From Scyliorhinus canicula (lineage: Eukaryota), in contig NC_052160.1 in assembly GCF_902713615.1 (NCBI RefSeq), positions 139,542,737-139,606,736 of the forward strand: a stretch of 64,000 bases of DNA. The letters run 5' to 3'. Positions 33,948 to 58,173 of the stretch are shown piece by piece (position 1 is the stretch's first letter; each line of letters opens with the position of its first letter). Made by a program: the position numbers and the translations under genes. Below the pieces are notes generated by a model. That model had not been told where the DNA came from, did not search any database, and saw only the letters and a program-made list of their open reading frames with translations.

Positions 33948-36553
33948 GTCCACAAAATATCAGCCATGATCTCATTGAATGGCGGAGCAGGCTCGATGGG
34001 CCAGATGGCCTATTCCTGCTCTTAGTTCTTATGTTCTTATGTTGTTATTATGTTCTTACACCAGAAAGAGAACGTGCTCTATTTGAGTGCTGGGCCCGCA
34101 CCTTCTCTTTCTATGAAGCTCTTAGAACAAAGAGAGAGCTTCTTTAAATAAAATGCAGTTAGAAAGAACAGCTGCTCAAAATAGGCAGTGTTTCAGAGTT
34201 AATGGACTCCTGAACAGCGATATAAATAAACAATGGTAAACCTTCCTTTGAAATTGCCTGGACCTGCCAGTCCAGAGGCTTTTCAAAGACAATGGCCCTT
34301 GAAATTGAATGTAAACAATATAGTTCAAAGCTTTTAGACTTCTATTGCTTGGAGCGAGGCTTGCAGAAAGGGCAATGAAATTGACTGCAGTAAAACCACT
34401 TCAATGGTTTCAACCACTTTAAAAGTAAGACTTTTACCTTAATCTCACTGATCTTTGAACCTGGCATTCAGGCACACTGTTTAAAGGTGTTAAGGGTACA
34501 GGTGGGAAGATTTCACTTTCTTCTCACATATCTTTCTTATTGACAAGCTGAAAAACAGTTACAGGGATTAAAGGTTGCAGATGGGAAAACAAGCCAAATG
34601 ACCCCATCCAGGGACAGACCCCGGCTTGAGCATTCCAGGCTACCCCAAGTCCATCCTGAACCATACCTCCTCTGAAGGACCCCCTCAGCACCCTGGAGGC
34701 AAGTGTTAGGAGGGCACCTCACCCCTTTCACCCCTTCGATACCAAGGCGGCAGGTTGGCACTGCAAAGGGATGGGATCTGAGAGTGGGACTGAGGGTGGT
34801 GTGGAGTGGAGTGGGCTGAGGGGGGTACTGAGGGGGGGAGCTAAGGTGGGTGGGGGGGGCGAATGACGGGGGACTTGCCTGCGATTGTGAGGGGTAGGCC
34901 TTTCTAGCGAATCGGAGGTTTTCTGCAACTTTATTCTGAGATCTGGGTGCCCTTTCAAAAAGCAGTCGGTGCTTGCTATTATTTCTGTCAGGAACCTCAG
35001 TCTGTCGTGTTGCCCTTTTCGCTGATGGATTCATTAAACATCATTGATTTGTCGTGAACTTCAATCTGTTCCTCACTATTCAAACTGTAAAGAATGAGAG
35101 ATGATCTTATTCTAATGTATGAGATTCTGATAGGGCGGACAGGGTAGATGGTGGGAGAATATTGCCCCTCCTGGAGCAATCCTGAACCACGAGGTGCAGT
35201 TTCAAAACATGGAATCCCCCATTTAAGAGAGAGATGAGGAAGAATTAGTTTCTCTCAGAGGGTTGGCCGCTCCAGAGGCTGTATAATTGAGTCCCATTGA
35301 GCCAGTGGCATTCTGGCACAGTGATTAGCACTGCTGCCTCCAGCACCAGGAATCCAGGTTCAATTCTGGCCTTGTCCGTGTGGAGTTTGCACATTCTCTC
35401 CATATCTGAGTGGACTTCCTCTGGGTGCTCCAGTTTCCTCCCACAATCCAAAGATCTCCAAGTTAGGTGAATCGGCCACGTTAAGATGCCCCTTGGTGTC
35501 CAAAGGTTAGGTGTAGTTACGGGGATAGGCGGAGGGGGTGGGCCTAAGGAGGGTGCTCTTTCAGAGGTCGGTACAGACTCAATGGGCCAAATGGCTTCAT
35601 TCTGCACTGTAGGGATTCTATGATTCTCTGATTTTCAAGATGGAGTTAAAGAGATTTGTGATATACAAGGTTGTCAAGGGCTATGAGAGACGGAAAGACA
35701 GGGCCATGGAGTTGAGCCCACAATCACGTCAGCCTTAATTGCATTGAATTGTGGAGCGGTCTTGATGGGCTAACTATCCAACTATTAGTTATATTCTTAC
35801 TTAACAACATCGCTGGCATTGAAAACAGATTACACAGGCAGCTCAATGCAAAGAAGTTGTTGCTTTTTATTAAAATCTTTCAGATGTTTTAGTTCTGGTA
35901 TTTTTGATACTCCTTTGATTCCATACACATCTGCCAATTTGTATTTTGCTTTCTGGACATTGATTTAAATGTGAATTATATTTCCTACTTTTTACATCCT
36001 GCATTGCTGTCTGTGACAATTCTTCAATCAGATTGGATGATCAGGTTGCCTGTTGCCTGCCCTGTTTCTGGATGCCATACATCCCCTGTAGAAAGTTGAA
36101 ACTGACTTTGGGAAACAGGAAATTAGTGTTCTAGAACTGATCAAATCCACGTGAATAACTTTTATTAAGGACACAGACAAAACTGTCCCATTGTTACTGA
36201 CCTGAAATTATGGGCTATTGTTTCTCAGAACCTTGGGAAACGTTAGCCATTTTAGAATATGCGGAGCAGGGTCACTAAAGTTCAATCTGAAATGGACATA
36301 GATCCAACATCTGAAACAACGGGGACTTGTATTTGGATTATTCTGAGACATAAATAGACCAGAATGAGACTTCATCAGGCCATGTCCAAACCCCTGTAAA
36401 TATTATTCAACAGTGACTTTGTATTTGAAATGAGTTGATCCTCTCACAGGACAATTCAAATGTAAAATTAATTCAACCTCTACCCACACACAGATATCAC
36501 AGGATAAAGAACATGAAACAGGAAAACTGGGAGTGCGAATTTCATAATTATAT

Positions 36554-36559
36554 TTTATT
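36554..36559 (-). terminator. Polyadenylation signal, copy 2
   Basis: AATAAA on the minus strand ~540 nt after the stop at 37097. Confidence 0.7.
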
Positions 36560-37096
36560 GAGCATTTTTAATAACTATTATAAATGAAGTGATTCAAAAG
36601 GACAGAAAAGGATGCTGTGTGATGTTAGGATCACATTTACATCAAATCGGGTTTCACTGCAGAGTTCATCCACCTTCAGCAGAAATGTGTGTGTCTCTGG
36701 AGTGAATCATTGCACCAAGAATATATCACAGCTAAAAGTCAGAATCAGGAAAGAGCTGAGTAAAAGGGTTTCACAATGAGAGAGGGAATAGAATTAGACC
36801 GAATTAATATTCTCATTTCCAATCCAGAACCTGTTCTTAACCTGTTCCTTTAGAAGCCCACCCTGACAAGGCATTTCTTGAGTTCTTACTTCTATCTTCA
36901 TTGCTTTTCAGCTGTGACGCGGTAAATGTGCTGCTGTGCACAAACCACAGCCAAGTAGCCAATGGTACGCCTTTGTTTATAGCCATTCTGGAGATGGTGA
37001 CTTGCTCAATTATACTGTCCAGCTGCACTGGGGAACTATGTGACGGCTCCAAATGCAAATCGGGGTGTGCTTTTAACGAGAACAGGAATAAAGAAC

Positions 37097-47451
<10,355 letters not shown>

Positions 47452-47515
47452 CTTGCCAGTTGGGTTGGTTCAGAGACTCTTCAGAACCTAAAGTTTTGGG
47501 GTCTGAGCTGCAGCA

Positions 47516-47521
47516 TTTATA
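47516..47521 (-). promoter_or_regulatory. TATA box of pepsinogen copy 2
   Basis: Same GGCTATAAATGC at the same distance from the ATG at 47451. Confidence 0.8.
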
Positions 47522-48452
47522 GCCACTCTGACCAAACCATTCCATTGGAAATTTTAATGTACTTGAGATTAGTTTATCTCAAGTGTAATCTCGTTAATTA
47601 AGGACAATCTTCAATTGACGTAGTCAGTAATTGAGAGCATTTGGATTGTAACAAATAATGTTAAGTGTTGTATAATTAAAACCTTGTGACTGATAAAACA
47701 ATCATAAATATACATGCAAATTGGGCAAAAAAACAATCATATCAGAATCACAAAATATCAATGTCACAAGTGCGCCAGAGAATAAGTTAACAGGTTTCGT
47801 GCCAGTATAGCATTTAACTTTGGAGGTTGGAGCCTGTCCGATGGTGAATTTCCTGGAGGTTACTTCGTTCTTATACTTTAATTGAGGGTCTTAATTGACA
47901 TCATCAGCTGCAAGAGTGATGCTCTGCTCACTTAGAAAAGTTATTTGACTCCAGAAAGATACATTTTCCATTTGATATTTCGAAATACACTCTTCTGCCT
48001 CGTGTGGATCTTGGTTTAGTGGCAGAAATGTTACTTTAGAGTCATTGCATTCTGGTTTGGAAAGCCCCAGACCAGGACTTGAATATGTGATCTAAGCTTT
48101 CGGATAAATGGCCATGTTAAAATATGGACCTTCCGCCTGTTCAAGTAAACTTTATGAGGTAAGACCAGAGGGATTTACCAAATGGTCAACCCAATATTCA
48201 CCCCTCAACCCAACCCAGCAAACAAGCTTTTTCAAATTGTTCTTGGGGTGTGCGTGTTTCTGGCCGGTCTATCATTTATCCCTTATTGCCCATGATAACC
48301 GATCACCTTCTCTGCTGTGGGATGATGCAACTGAATGGTTTGCTTGGCCATTTCAGAGGGTAACTGGATGTCGGCAACATTGCCCTGGGTCTGGATTCAC
48401 ATGTAGGCCAGACCAGGTAAGGGTGGCAGTTTCCTGCCCCTGAAGGACATTA

Positions 48453-50508
48453 CTGCGTGTCCTTGATATGTATATCCCTGTCAGGCAGGGAGGAAGTGAT
48501 CGAGTGAGGGAACCATGGTTTACAAAAGAGGGTGAATGTATTTTCAAGAGGAAGAAGGGGGCTTATGTAAGGATGAGAAAACAAGGGTCCATTCGGGCAC
48601 TTGAGGGATACAAGATAGATAGGAAGGAGCTCAGGAAAGAGCTTAGGAGAGCTAGGAGGGGGCATGAGAAGTCCTTGATGGGTAGGTCAAGGAAAACCCC
48701 AAGGCTTTTACACTTATGTGAGGAAAAAAAGAATGACCAAGGTGAAGTTAGGGCCAGTCAAGGACAGTAGTGGGAACGTGTACATGGAGTCTGAAGATAT
48801 AGGAGAGGCCCTAAATGAATACGTTTCTTCAGTGTTCACAAAGGAGAGGGGCCATGTTGTTGAGGAGGATAGTGCGATACAGACAGGCTGGTAGGCTGGA
48901 GGAGGTAGATATTCAGAATGAAGATGTGTTAGAAATTTTGAGAAGCCTGAGGATAGATAAGTCCCCTGGGCCTGATGGGATATATCCTAGGATTCTTTGG
49001 GAGGCGAGGGATGAGATTGCAGAGCCTTTGGCTTTGGTCTTTATGTCCTCACTGTGTACAGGAATAGTGCCAGAAGACTGGAGAGAGGCGAATGTTGTCC
49101 CCTTGTTCAAGAAAGGGAATAGGTATAACCCTGGGAATTATAGGCCGGTTAGTCTAATTTCGGTCACAGGCAAATTATTGGAAAAGGTCCTGAGGGATAG
49201 GATTTCTGATCATTTGGAAAGATACAGCTTAATCCAGGATAGTCAGCACGGATTTGTGAGGGGTATGTCTTGCCTCACAGGTTTGATTGTATTCTTTGAG
49301 GTAACTAAGCACATAGATGAAGGTAGAGCAGTTGATGTCGTATACATGGATTTTAGTAAGGCATCTGATAAGGTGCCCCATGGTCGGCTCATGCAGAAAG
49401 TAAGGAGGCATGGCATAGAGGGAAATTTGGCGGATTGGCTCAGTAACTGGCTGTCACATAGAAGACAGGGGGTGGTGGGAGATGGTAAATTTTCATCCTG
49501 GAGCCCAGTCACCAGCAGTGTACCACAGGGATCAGTGCTGGGTCCTCTGTTATTTGTGATTTTTATCAATGACTTGGATGATGGAGTTGAAGGTTGGGTT
49601 AGTAAATTTGCTGATGACACCAAGATTGGTGCAGTAGTGGGTAACGTGGAGGGATGTTGTAGGCTGCAAAGAGACATTGATAGGATGCAGAGCTGGGCTG
49701 AAAAGTGGCAGATGGAGTTTCACCCTGATAAGTGTGAGGTGATTAATTTTGGTCGGACAAATTTGAATGCTGATTACAGGGTTAATGGCAGGGTTCTGAA
49801 AAATGTGGAGGAGGAGAGACATATCGGAGTTCATGTCCATGGACCTCTGAAAGTTGCCACCCAAGTGGATAGAGCCGTGAAGAAAGCCTATAGTGTGCTA
49901 GCATTTATTCACAGGGGGATTGAGGTTAAGGGCCGTGAAGTTATGCTGCAACTGTACAGGACCTTGATTAAACCATATTTGGAGTATTGTGTGCAGTTCT
50001 GGTCACCTCATTATAGGAGGGATGTGGAATCATTGGAAACGGTGCAAAGGAGATTTACCAGGATGCTACCTGGATTGGAGGGTAGGTCTTATGAGGAAAG
50101 GTTGAGGGAGTTAGGGCTTTTCTTATTGGAGTGAAGGAGGATGAGAGGTGACTTAATTGAGGTGTATTAGATGATGAGAGGGATAGATAGCATGGACGTT
50201 CAACGACTTTTTCCTCGGGAGGATGTAGCTGTTACAAGGGGGCATAACTATAAGGTTCATGGTGGATGATATAGGAGGGATGTCCGAGGTAGGTTCTTCA
50301 CTCAGAGAGTGGTTGGGGTGTGGAACGCATTCCCAGCCATGGTAGTGGAGTCGGACACTTTAGGAACTTTCAAGCGGTTATTGGATAGGCCTATGGAGTG
50401 CACTAGAATGATTGGGAGTAGGTTGATTTGATCTTAGTTTCAGACAAGTTCGGCACAACAACATGGGCCGAAGGGCCTGTACTGTGCTGTACAGTTTTAT
50501 GTTCTATG
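48453..50508 (+). mobile_element. Second CR1-family LINE, 5'-truncated, inserted upstream of copy 2
   Basis: RT motifs SPGPDG, QHGF, PQGSVLGP, FADD in ORF 48815-50134; TTCTATG tail; absent at the matching site in unit 1 (~22970). Confidence 0.92.
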
Positions 50509-51143
50509 TAGGGATCCCGGTGGACTATTAACAATAATCCAATTGTCAATGATTATTACTAAAACAAGCATTTTATTCCAGATTTATCAATCGATCGAAT
50601 TGCAATTCACCAGCTTCGATGGTAGGATTTGAACTCTTCTGGACCATTAACTCCAGTGTCTGGATGGCAACATCACCCAACCGAGCACCCCAACCAAATT
50701 ATCCCATCCCATTGTTACTGTGGGATTTTTCTGTCTGAAAGCTGCCTGCTGCATATCTGTACAAACCCAGTTGTGCTCATGCTGCAGTGATAACTGATTT
50801 CATCCGTGGTGATGTAAGTTATTCCAGTCATGGAAACAGGGAAGGTTCCTGCTGCTGTTCCCTATCCGCTGGACACTGTGGATTGTTATATCTCTGGACA
50901 TTGCGAAAGGACAAGAGTGTAAACTGCTGTACCCGCCATTGTATCCAACAACCCACTCGCACTCGCTTGAAATGCTCAAGTTGAGAAAAGGTCACTGGCC
51001 TGAATTCAGCAGTTGCCAACAGAAGAAACACTCCACATTTGCTGATAATCTTTAGGAATTAAAGTCACATTCAAGACCTTTTGGTCTGGGAACTGGACTT
51101 TCTTTATAAAATGTTGTGACAGGTTCCAGTACATTATAAACTT

Positions 51144-52310
51144 TGTCACAATACCCTGGGCTAGTGCGTGGCCAATTATAGCCCCTCTTAATCGGGAATC
51201 GCAACACAGGTGAAATTAGATATATTAAATATCCAAGGTCCTTGATTGAGCCCAAAATTACAGGCATCAAGTTTATAACTTTGAAGAAAGACAAAGAACA
51301 AAGAACAATACAACACAGGAACCGGCCCTTCGGCCCTCCAAGGCTGTACCGATCATGATACCAACCTTGGCCAAAACCCTCATCACTTCCTTGTGCCATA
51401 CCCATCCTATCCATGTGTTTGTCAAGATGCCTTTTGAACGCCGTTAATGTAGCTGCTTCCACAACCTCCCCAGGCAACTCGTTCCAGGCACTCACCACCC
51501 TCTGCGTAAAAAACCTGCCTCATACATCTCCTCTAAACTTTGGCCCACCGGCTTTAAACCTATGCCCCTGGTGACTGAGCCCTCCACCCTGGCAAAGAGT
51601 GCCTGCCCATCCACTCTATCCATGCCCCTCATACTTGCAAGTAACCTTTTATTATGCACTGCATTATAATTAAACAAACAGAAAACGTAACTGAATAACT
51701 ACTACCCCTTTCCCAAATCCCCCTTCCTAACTCACCCCACTGTCTAGACACACACACACACACACAGAAACAAACGGGAGGGAAAATGATGGGAGGGGAA
51801 ATATTAATAACAATATAACGATTAGACCCTTTAGTTCACTGGCTCAGAATCATTTTAACTTTGCAGGAAAGGATGTGCCAGGCACTCACTGCTTTCAAAA
51901 CAGTGAAGCAGTTATATCGCTTCAGCAAGCAGGAGAGAGGGAGAGAGAGAAAAAGAGCGTTTCTTTCACTGCCAAGGACCAGATAAGTCTGTTCAGTTCT
52001 GTCCGAAAGCATCAAGCAGGAATCAATCACTCACGTTATCAGGCAGAATACTGTCCCTGGCCAACTCACCGGCTGCCATTAAGCCAATCAAACGGACCTC
52101 CTCCAAAGCAGGTTCCTCAGATCCACTCAATGTCGAAGTGTCTGACTTCTCCCTTCCAAAGTACACACTCTGGGAACCTGGGAAAACCTGGCAAGCAGCT
52201 GCTTCAACTTTCAACTTCTGCTTAAAGGCACACCCCGATTATGGATTCACCAACCAAAATAATTTTAAAAAAGAAATAGAAACAAAAGAAATAAATAGGA
52301 AGTATTCTTA
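51144..52310. mobile_element. LTR-like element upstream of copy 2, with a nested CR1 fragment (~51285-51632)
   Basis: TGTCACAATACC ... TCTTACA; homologous to 23574-24038 and to the inverted copy at the window end. Confidence 0.5.
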
Positions 52311-52622
52311 CAACTTTCAGGCACTAGTTTAAGATTTAGCACACAAACAATACGCTTTGGAAAAAGCACTTTGAACTTTGGACAATTCACGTGAGAAGGA
52401 TGGCATTTCATTGCTTCATTTTAATACAAGAGTGAAAGTTGCTCTGAGCACAAAGTTCCATCAGAAAGCTGTCCAACAAGCTGCAAGGTGATGAATCGGA
52501 CAAGTCCATTATCTTCTGTAATTAAAACCAGACTGAAGAACTCTGTGAAATCCCCATCAACCTCTGTTCTTAACTGTAAGAAGTCTTACAACACCAGGTT
52601 AAAGTCCAACAGGTTTGTTTCA

Positions 52623-52661
52623 AACACGAGCTTTCGGAGCACGGCTCCTTCTTCAGGTGAA
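52623..52661 (-). ncRNA. Inverted copy of the hammerhead motif
   Basis: Exact reverse complement inside the 5' inverted pLTR. Confidence 0.75.
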
Positions 52662-53865
52662 TGGAAAGGCTTGTTCCAGAAATGTTTATATAGACACAGT
52701 CAGAGATGCCCCGGAATGCGAGCACCTGCAGGCAATCAAATCATCAAAGATGCAGAGAGAGAGGTAACTCCAGGTTAAAGAGGTGTGAATTGTCCCAAGC
52801 CAGTTCAGTCGGTAGGCCTCTGCAAGTCCAGAGCCTCTGCAAAGAAGCCATCCCCTATGGACAAGCCCTCCGTATACACAGGATCTGCTCAGACAAGGAG
52901 GAGCGCAACAGACACCTACAGATGCTGAAAGATGCCCTCGTACGAACGGGATATGGCGCTCGACTCATTGATCGACAGTTCCACCGCGCCACAGCAAAAA
53001 ACCGCACCGACCTCCTCAGAAGACAAACACGGGACACCACTGACAGAGTACCCTTCGTCGTCCAGTACTTTCCTGGGGCGGAGAAACTACGACATCTTCT
53101 TCGCAGCCTCCAACACATCATCAGCGAGGATGGACATCTTGCCAAGGTCATCCCCACACCCCCACTACTGGCCTTCAAACAACCGCGCAACCTCAAACAA
53201 ACCATCGTTTGCAGCAAATTACCCAGCCTTCAGAACAGCAACCACAACACCACAAAACCCTGCCAGGGTAATCTCTGCAAGACATGCCAGATCATCGACA
53301 TGGACACCACCATTACACGTGGAAACACCACCCACCAGGTACGCGGCGCATACTCGTGCGACTCGACCAATGTAGTCTACCTCATACGCTGCAGGAAAGG
53401 ATGTCCCGAAGCGTGGTACATTGGCGAGACCATGCAGACACTGCGACAATGAATAAACGGGCATCGTGCGACTATCAACAGGCAGGACTGTTCCCTTCCA
53501 GTTGGGGAACACTTCAGCAGTCAAGGACATTCAGCCTCTGATCTCCGGGTCAGCATTCTACAAGGAGGCCTTCAGGAGACGCGACAACGCAAAATTGCTG
53601 AGCAAAAACTTATAGCTAAGTTCCGCACGCATGAATGCGGACTCAACCGGGATCTGGGATTCATGTCGCATTACATTCGGCCCCCATCAACAAGCCTGGA
53701 CTTGCAGAGGCCTACCGACTGAACTGGCTTGGGACAATTCACACCTCTTTAACCTGGAGTTACCTCTCTCTCTGCATCTTTGATGATTTGATTGCCTGCA
53801 GGTGCTCGCATTCCGGGGCATCTCTGACTGTGTCTATATAAACATTTCTGGAACAAGCCTTTCCA

Positions 53866-53904
53866 TTCACCTGAAGAAGGAGCCGTGCTCCGAAAGCTCG
53901 TGTT
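53866..53904 (+). ncRNA. Minimal type I hammerhead ribozyme in the Penelope pLTR
   Basis: CAC-CTGAAGA-A-GGAGC-CGT-GCTCC-GAAA-GCTC-GTG: catalytic core, stem II, palindromic AGCT stem III, NUH site (CUC) ending at 53899. Confidence 0.8.
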
Positions 53905-54336
53905 TGAAACAAACCTGTTGGACTTTAACCTGGTGTTGTAAGACTTCTTACTGTGCTCACCCCAGTCCAACGCCGGCATCTCCACATCATGTTCTTAACT
54001 GAACAGCGACGGCATTTTGTTTCCGTTCAAGACAACTGATTCGTTTACCACGTAACTGCCAACTGAAAACAACTTGATAACTCGTTCCTTCTGCAATGTT
54101 TAATATTTCGCTTACCATTCCAAAGATGTGCAGGTTAGGTGGATTGGCCATGATAAATTGCCCTTAGTGTCCAAAATTGCCCTTAGTGTTGGGTGGGGTT
54201 ACTGGGTTATGGGGATAGAGTGGAGGTGTTGACCTTGGGTAGAGTGCTCTCTTTCCAAGAGCCGGTGCAGACTCGATGGGTCGAATGGCCTCCTTCTGCA
54301 CTGTAAATTCTATGAAATCTTGCTTCAATTCATATC

Positions 54337-54745
54337 CATTATGTGCCTGACCCAACCAAGGCAGAGGAACAGTTCAGAGCAGGGTATGGTAGGAGAACCT
54401 GTTCTTACAAAAGCTGTTTCTTTCCTATGTTAGTAATTTATAGCTCCTGCATTTTGCCAACTCCATTTTCCCCAAGTTAGATTATTGCACTTTCTGTGAG
54501 ACAGTTGTGAAAAATGTATTGAAACAACAGGTGAATGAAACAATGCACCAGGTTTAGCCTTTTGCGCTATTGAGACAGTAACATTTAATTCTTTAAGGTT
54601 GAGATAACCTGTTTCAGTCCTGCAAGCAATCTCCTGTGCAATTATCACATGGTGCATTATCCTTGAAATGTTCTTGCTATGCCTGGATCAAGACTTGGAG
54701 TCATGTCAATGTTTTTCTGTACCGTCCAGCCCCTGGTTGTGCTCA
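54337..54745. repeat. ~410-bp direct duplicate of ~59029-59530
   Basis: Collinear similarity; the second copy has a ~105-bp MITE-like insert at ~59137-59243. Confidence 0.85.
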
Positions 54746-55519
54746 GGGATCTGTTTCAGCGGTGATTGTGACTAGATTGACATTAACGCAAGTTGAAATT
54801 CCCAAACATTTGTTCTCTATTTACTGTCATCTGTCATTTCCAAGGCATTAATGTTGAAAGCTAGAGTTCTTCGTGCAGTGCCGATGGGCATACAAGATGC
54901 CATCAAAAGTTAATTCTCTTCAAACGAACAATTTCAGGAACCTCCCTAAAAGGACATAACTGTAGCCCTTCATGTACTATTGCCTCGTGCAATTTTGCAA
55001 CATATGTCCAAGCATCCTAGAGATCCAACTCGCTGTGTACAGGCTGGGAGAGTCTGTACCAATGAGGAGGTGCACCAATGTCACAGCTTTGATATGAAAA
55101 TAAATATTTTATTTGTTAATGAAATCGGAATAAGATGCAGGGAAGTTAAAAGTCTTTTGTATATTTTTAGAATTTTATGAGAATACTGTTATCAGCAATC
55201 TCTCTGCTCGGTGGTGAAGTCATTGACCATGTACAGTATCGATAAAATCTCCATTGACACACATTGTACAAAATATTTTTTGTCTTTTTCTCTGTGTCTT
55301 CTAATATCTTTCCTTCAATGCTCTTAAATACGTCTCAATAGGTGTGTAAATGTTAAACCTCTCCAAAGGTTTTCTTGAATGTACAATTTAACGTAATCAA
55401 ATATGTATCACTGATATGAGGTATTATGGTGAATAATTGTTCTTGTAGTCTGTTCACTGGACAAGTTAGATTTTATAACATTGAGTGTAAATATTGAATT
55501 CGACAGTAACAATATTCTT

Positions 55520-57857
55520 AGGCGGGATTGGATCCCCCCCCCCGGCCCCGCCCTCGATGTACTATCCAGAAGTGAGGGCGACTCGCTATTGGTCAGCAGT
55601 GGAATCTCCTGGTTTTCGGCTGAACAGGGAGATCTTGTGCCACCTCTGCCTGCGATGGCACACCAGGAACCGCGGGGGTTTGGAAAAGAACACCTGCTGT
55701 CGGTGGACGTCTAGTTGACAGCCGCCCCGAACATCATTGCCTCGGGATCTTTCCTGGCGACGATTGGGGACCTGTCTGGAATATCCCAGTCATCCGTGTA
55801 TAAGTACATCCGTACCGTTATGGACCGCCAATATGCCAGGGCAGCTGACTTCATTATCTTCAGTCGGGACCTGGCTCACAATGTTCCCGGGCAGCAGGGC
55901 TCATCTCCTCACTGGCATGTGCCAGGTCCAGGAGGTGATTGGGGGGGACACATGTCCAACGACGGGCACTGGTCCATGAAGGGGTGTCCTTCATGTGTGA
56001 CCAAGCCAAGGGGGGACGTGCTGGAGGGGAGGATGAATACCAGGCCTCAACAGACAATGAGGAGATGGGTGATGTCAAGGGGGACAGGGGCCTAGAACCA
56101 GAGCAGGCACAGGAAGCCGTCCAACGTGTGCGGCAGGGAATCTCATTGTCTCCAGGTTCACCCACTAGGGGGCCTTGCCAATAGCAGCACATCCTCCTCC
56201 CTGTCCTACCTGCCTATATATCTCCATAGCCACTCGCACCCTCCCATGTCCCAGCTCCTCACACCCCCACCCTTGCTCCCACATCACCCTCTGAGGTTCC
56301 TACTAGCATCGCCAAAGGTCCCCACTCGGTGCCTGGAAAGACCCTCTGGCAAAAAGGGCAACAGTCACCTTGATGGCCACCAGGAGCGGGTGACCTCCCC
56401 CATGTCCCCATGGTTTCAGATGTGCCATGACCCGGCAGATGTGCCATGACCCGGCAGATGTGCCATGACCCGGCAGATGTGCCATGACCCGGCAGATGTG
56501 ATATGCAGTCTCCCTGGTTAGCCGGAGTCTTCAGCAGCATGCCCGTTCAGACAGGTCCTCTTGGGACAGGCGCTGCCGGTCTACACAAGGGCTGATGCAA
56601 CACCTTCTTCCCACCTCCTCCTCGGCCTGTTGGGCAGCCGGGTCTCCATCCTCACCTGCTGGCTCCTGCTCCTCTGGGCAGGCTCTGGTTCTGCAGGGCC
56701 TTCCCTGGAGCAGCTCCTGCCCGTGCAGCCTCAATGCCAAGGTTGCGGCAACCAGGCAGATGCCAACCACTCGTGGTTCGACACCAGAGTCCATCTTCTG
56801 CAGGGGGTGAACGACATACATGTTAGCACGGTTAATACTCCTGTGCCCAAACAGGCCCAATGGGCTGAACTGTGGCCCTGTCCTGCACTGCAGGCTCTGC
56901 TCCTGCATGTCCCCCACCAACTCCTCCCATTCACACCCTACCCAGGACATTGCCCCTGATACTTTGCCCTCCGCTCTGTATCCCTGGTTTCGTTGGTGCC
57001 TGACATTGAGGAGCCTCTAACCCCGCCATACATCCCTTCCGGCAGGGGCACCGCTGACTGCTGCTACCCATGCCAGCAGTATGCTCTGCGGCCCCTGTTC
57101 TGCGCCCTTCTGTGGGGTATACTGTGGGCGTTCGTCTTGGATGTGCCATGTGATACTCTGCCAGTGGGCTTGTACCTGGTTGTTGGGGGTAATTTGGGTC
57201 CAGTGCGCCACTGACCTGCGCCGTGCTTGGTGGCATGCATGTAGGCAGGACCCACGGGTGGAGTTCAGCAGGGGGGGGCGACGGGAGTGGGTGGGCACCT
57301 GTTCGGACTGTAGCTATGGTGCCCTGCGGATCCTATGTGCACTGGGGTGCGCCAACACTTGATGGGCCAAGGGCTCTGCTGGACCACGCCCACCCTATGA
57401 TGGGTTGGCTGGGGCAGTCAGCGGGGTGCAGAGCCAGATGCTGCCTTGTGGGCCGCAGCACTGCCGGTCCATGCCTGGGCACCGCAACCTGACGACCCAT
57501 TCCCTGGTCACACCCCGCTACTCCCCCCAGCCCAGGGAGACCTAACTGCCGTCTCCCTCAGCAGCCATGGTGCTCGTTACCAGATTCTAAATACCATATG
57601 TGAACGGCGCCATCGTCACTTCCGCCTGTCAGACGTGCTGCATCATGGGAGGCCGGAGACTATTGTGTCTGGCCCGTTAATAAGAAGTTAATGAATGCAT
57701 TCCATGCAGTGTGGAATGCATTCACGCTCCATCAATTTGCATCGATGCACCGGAGCATGCCGTTCCGTTAGGCGCCTGACACCGATCTCAATGTTCGGCT
57801 GACGCCCGATTATCCAGCTAGTCGCCATTCTGGTGTCAGTGGGCGGAGAGTCCCGCA
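55520..57857. mobile_element. PIF/Harbinger transposon relic
   Basis: HARBI1-like N-terminal motif ASGSFLATIGDLSGISQSSVYKYIRTV (+, ~55735-55860); GGCGGGA-type termini at both ends; GC-rich decayed second gene. Confidence 0.65.
56417..56500. repeat. 19-bp tandem repeat, ~4.4 copies (CAGATGTGCCATGACCCGG)
   Basis: Perfect adjacent repeats with no spacers. Confidence 0.95.
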
Positions 57858-58173
57858 AACAATGTTTCCGCCTCAACTACTTTCTGTGGTCGCAAATTCC
57901 ACAGGTTCACAACTCTCTAGTTGGAGAAATTTCTCCCTATCGCACTTCTAAATGATCTACTCCGCATCCCCAGACTGTAACCCTGGTTCTGGATTCTTCC
58001 TGCATCTACCCTGTCTAGTCCTGTTAGAATTTTATAAGAATCACCAAAATTCCCCCTCATTCTTCTGAACTCCAGCCAATGGAATCCTAACCGACTCAAT
58101 ATCTCCACATATATCCACCATGCTGTCCCAGAAATCAGTCTGTTAAAACTTCACTGCACTCTCTCTAGATCAA

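Larger units (their letters stand above)
29904..34059 (+). mobile_element. CR1-clade LINE, copy B (full 5' end, RT domain deleted)
   Basis: Tandem 5' monomers; ORF1 30784-31713; ORF2 from 31738 with EN intact. An internal deletion at ~33470 removes ~835 nt (equivalent to ~7649-8483). Same 3' flank as copy A. Confidence 0.95.
52576..53990 (+). mobile_element. Penelope-like retroelement, 5'-truncated with inverted pseudo-LTR
   Basis: GIY-YIG region (NVVYLIRC...WYIGET...GHR...HF...GLNRD) with one internal TGA at 53450; 256-bp inverted repeat 52576-52831 / 53696-53951; TSD TGTTCTTAACTG at 52565-52576 and 53990-54001. Confidence 0.93.

Noticed and set aside
56417-56500. CRISPR-like array
   Set aside because: Adjacent 19-bp repeats with no spacers, no cas genes, in vertebrate DNA.
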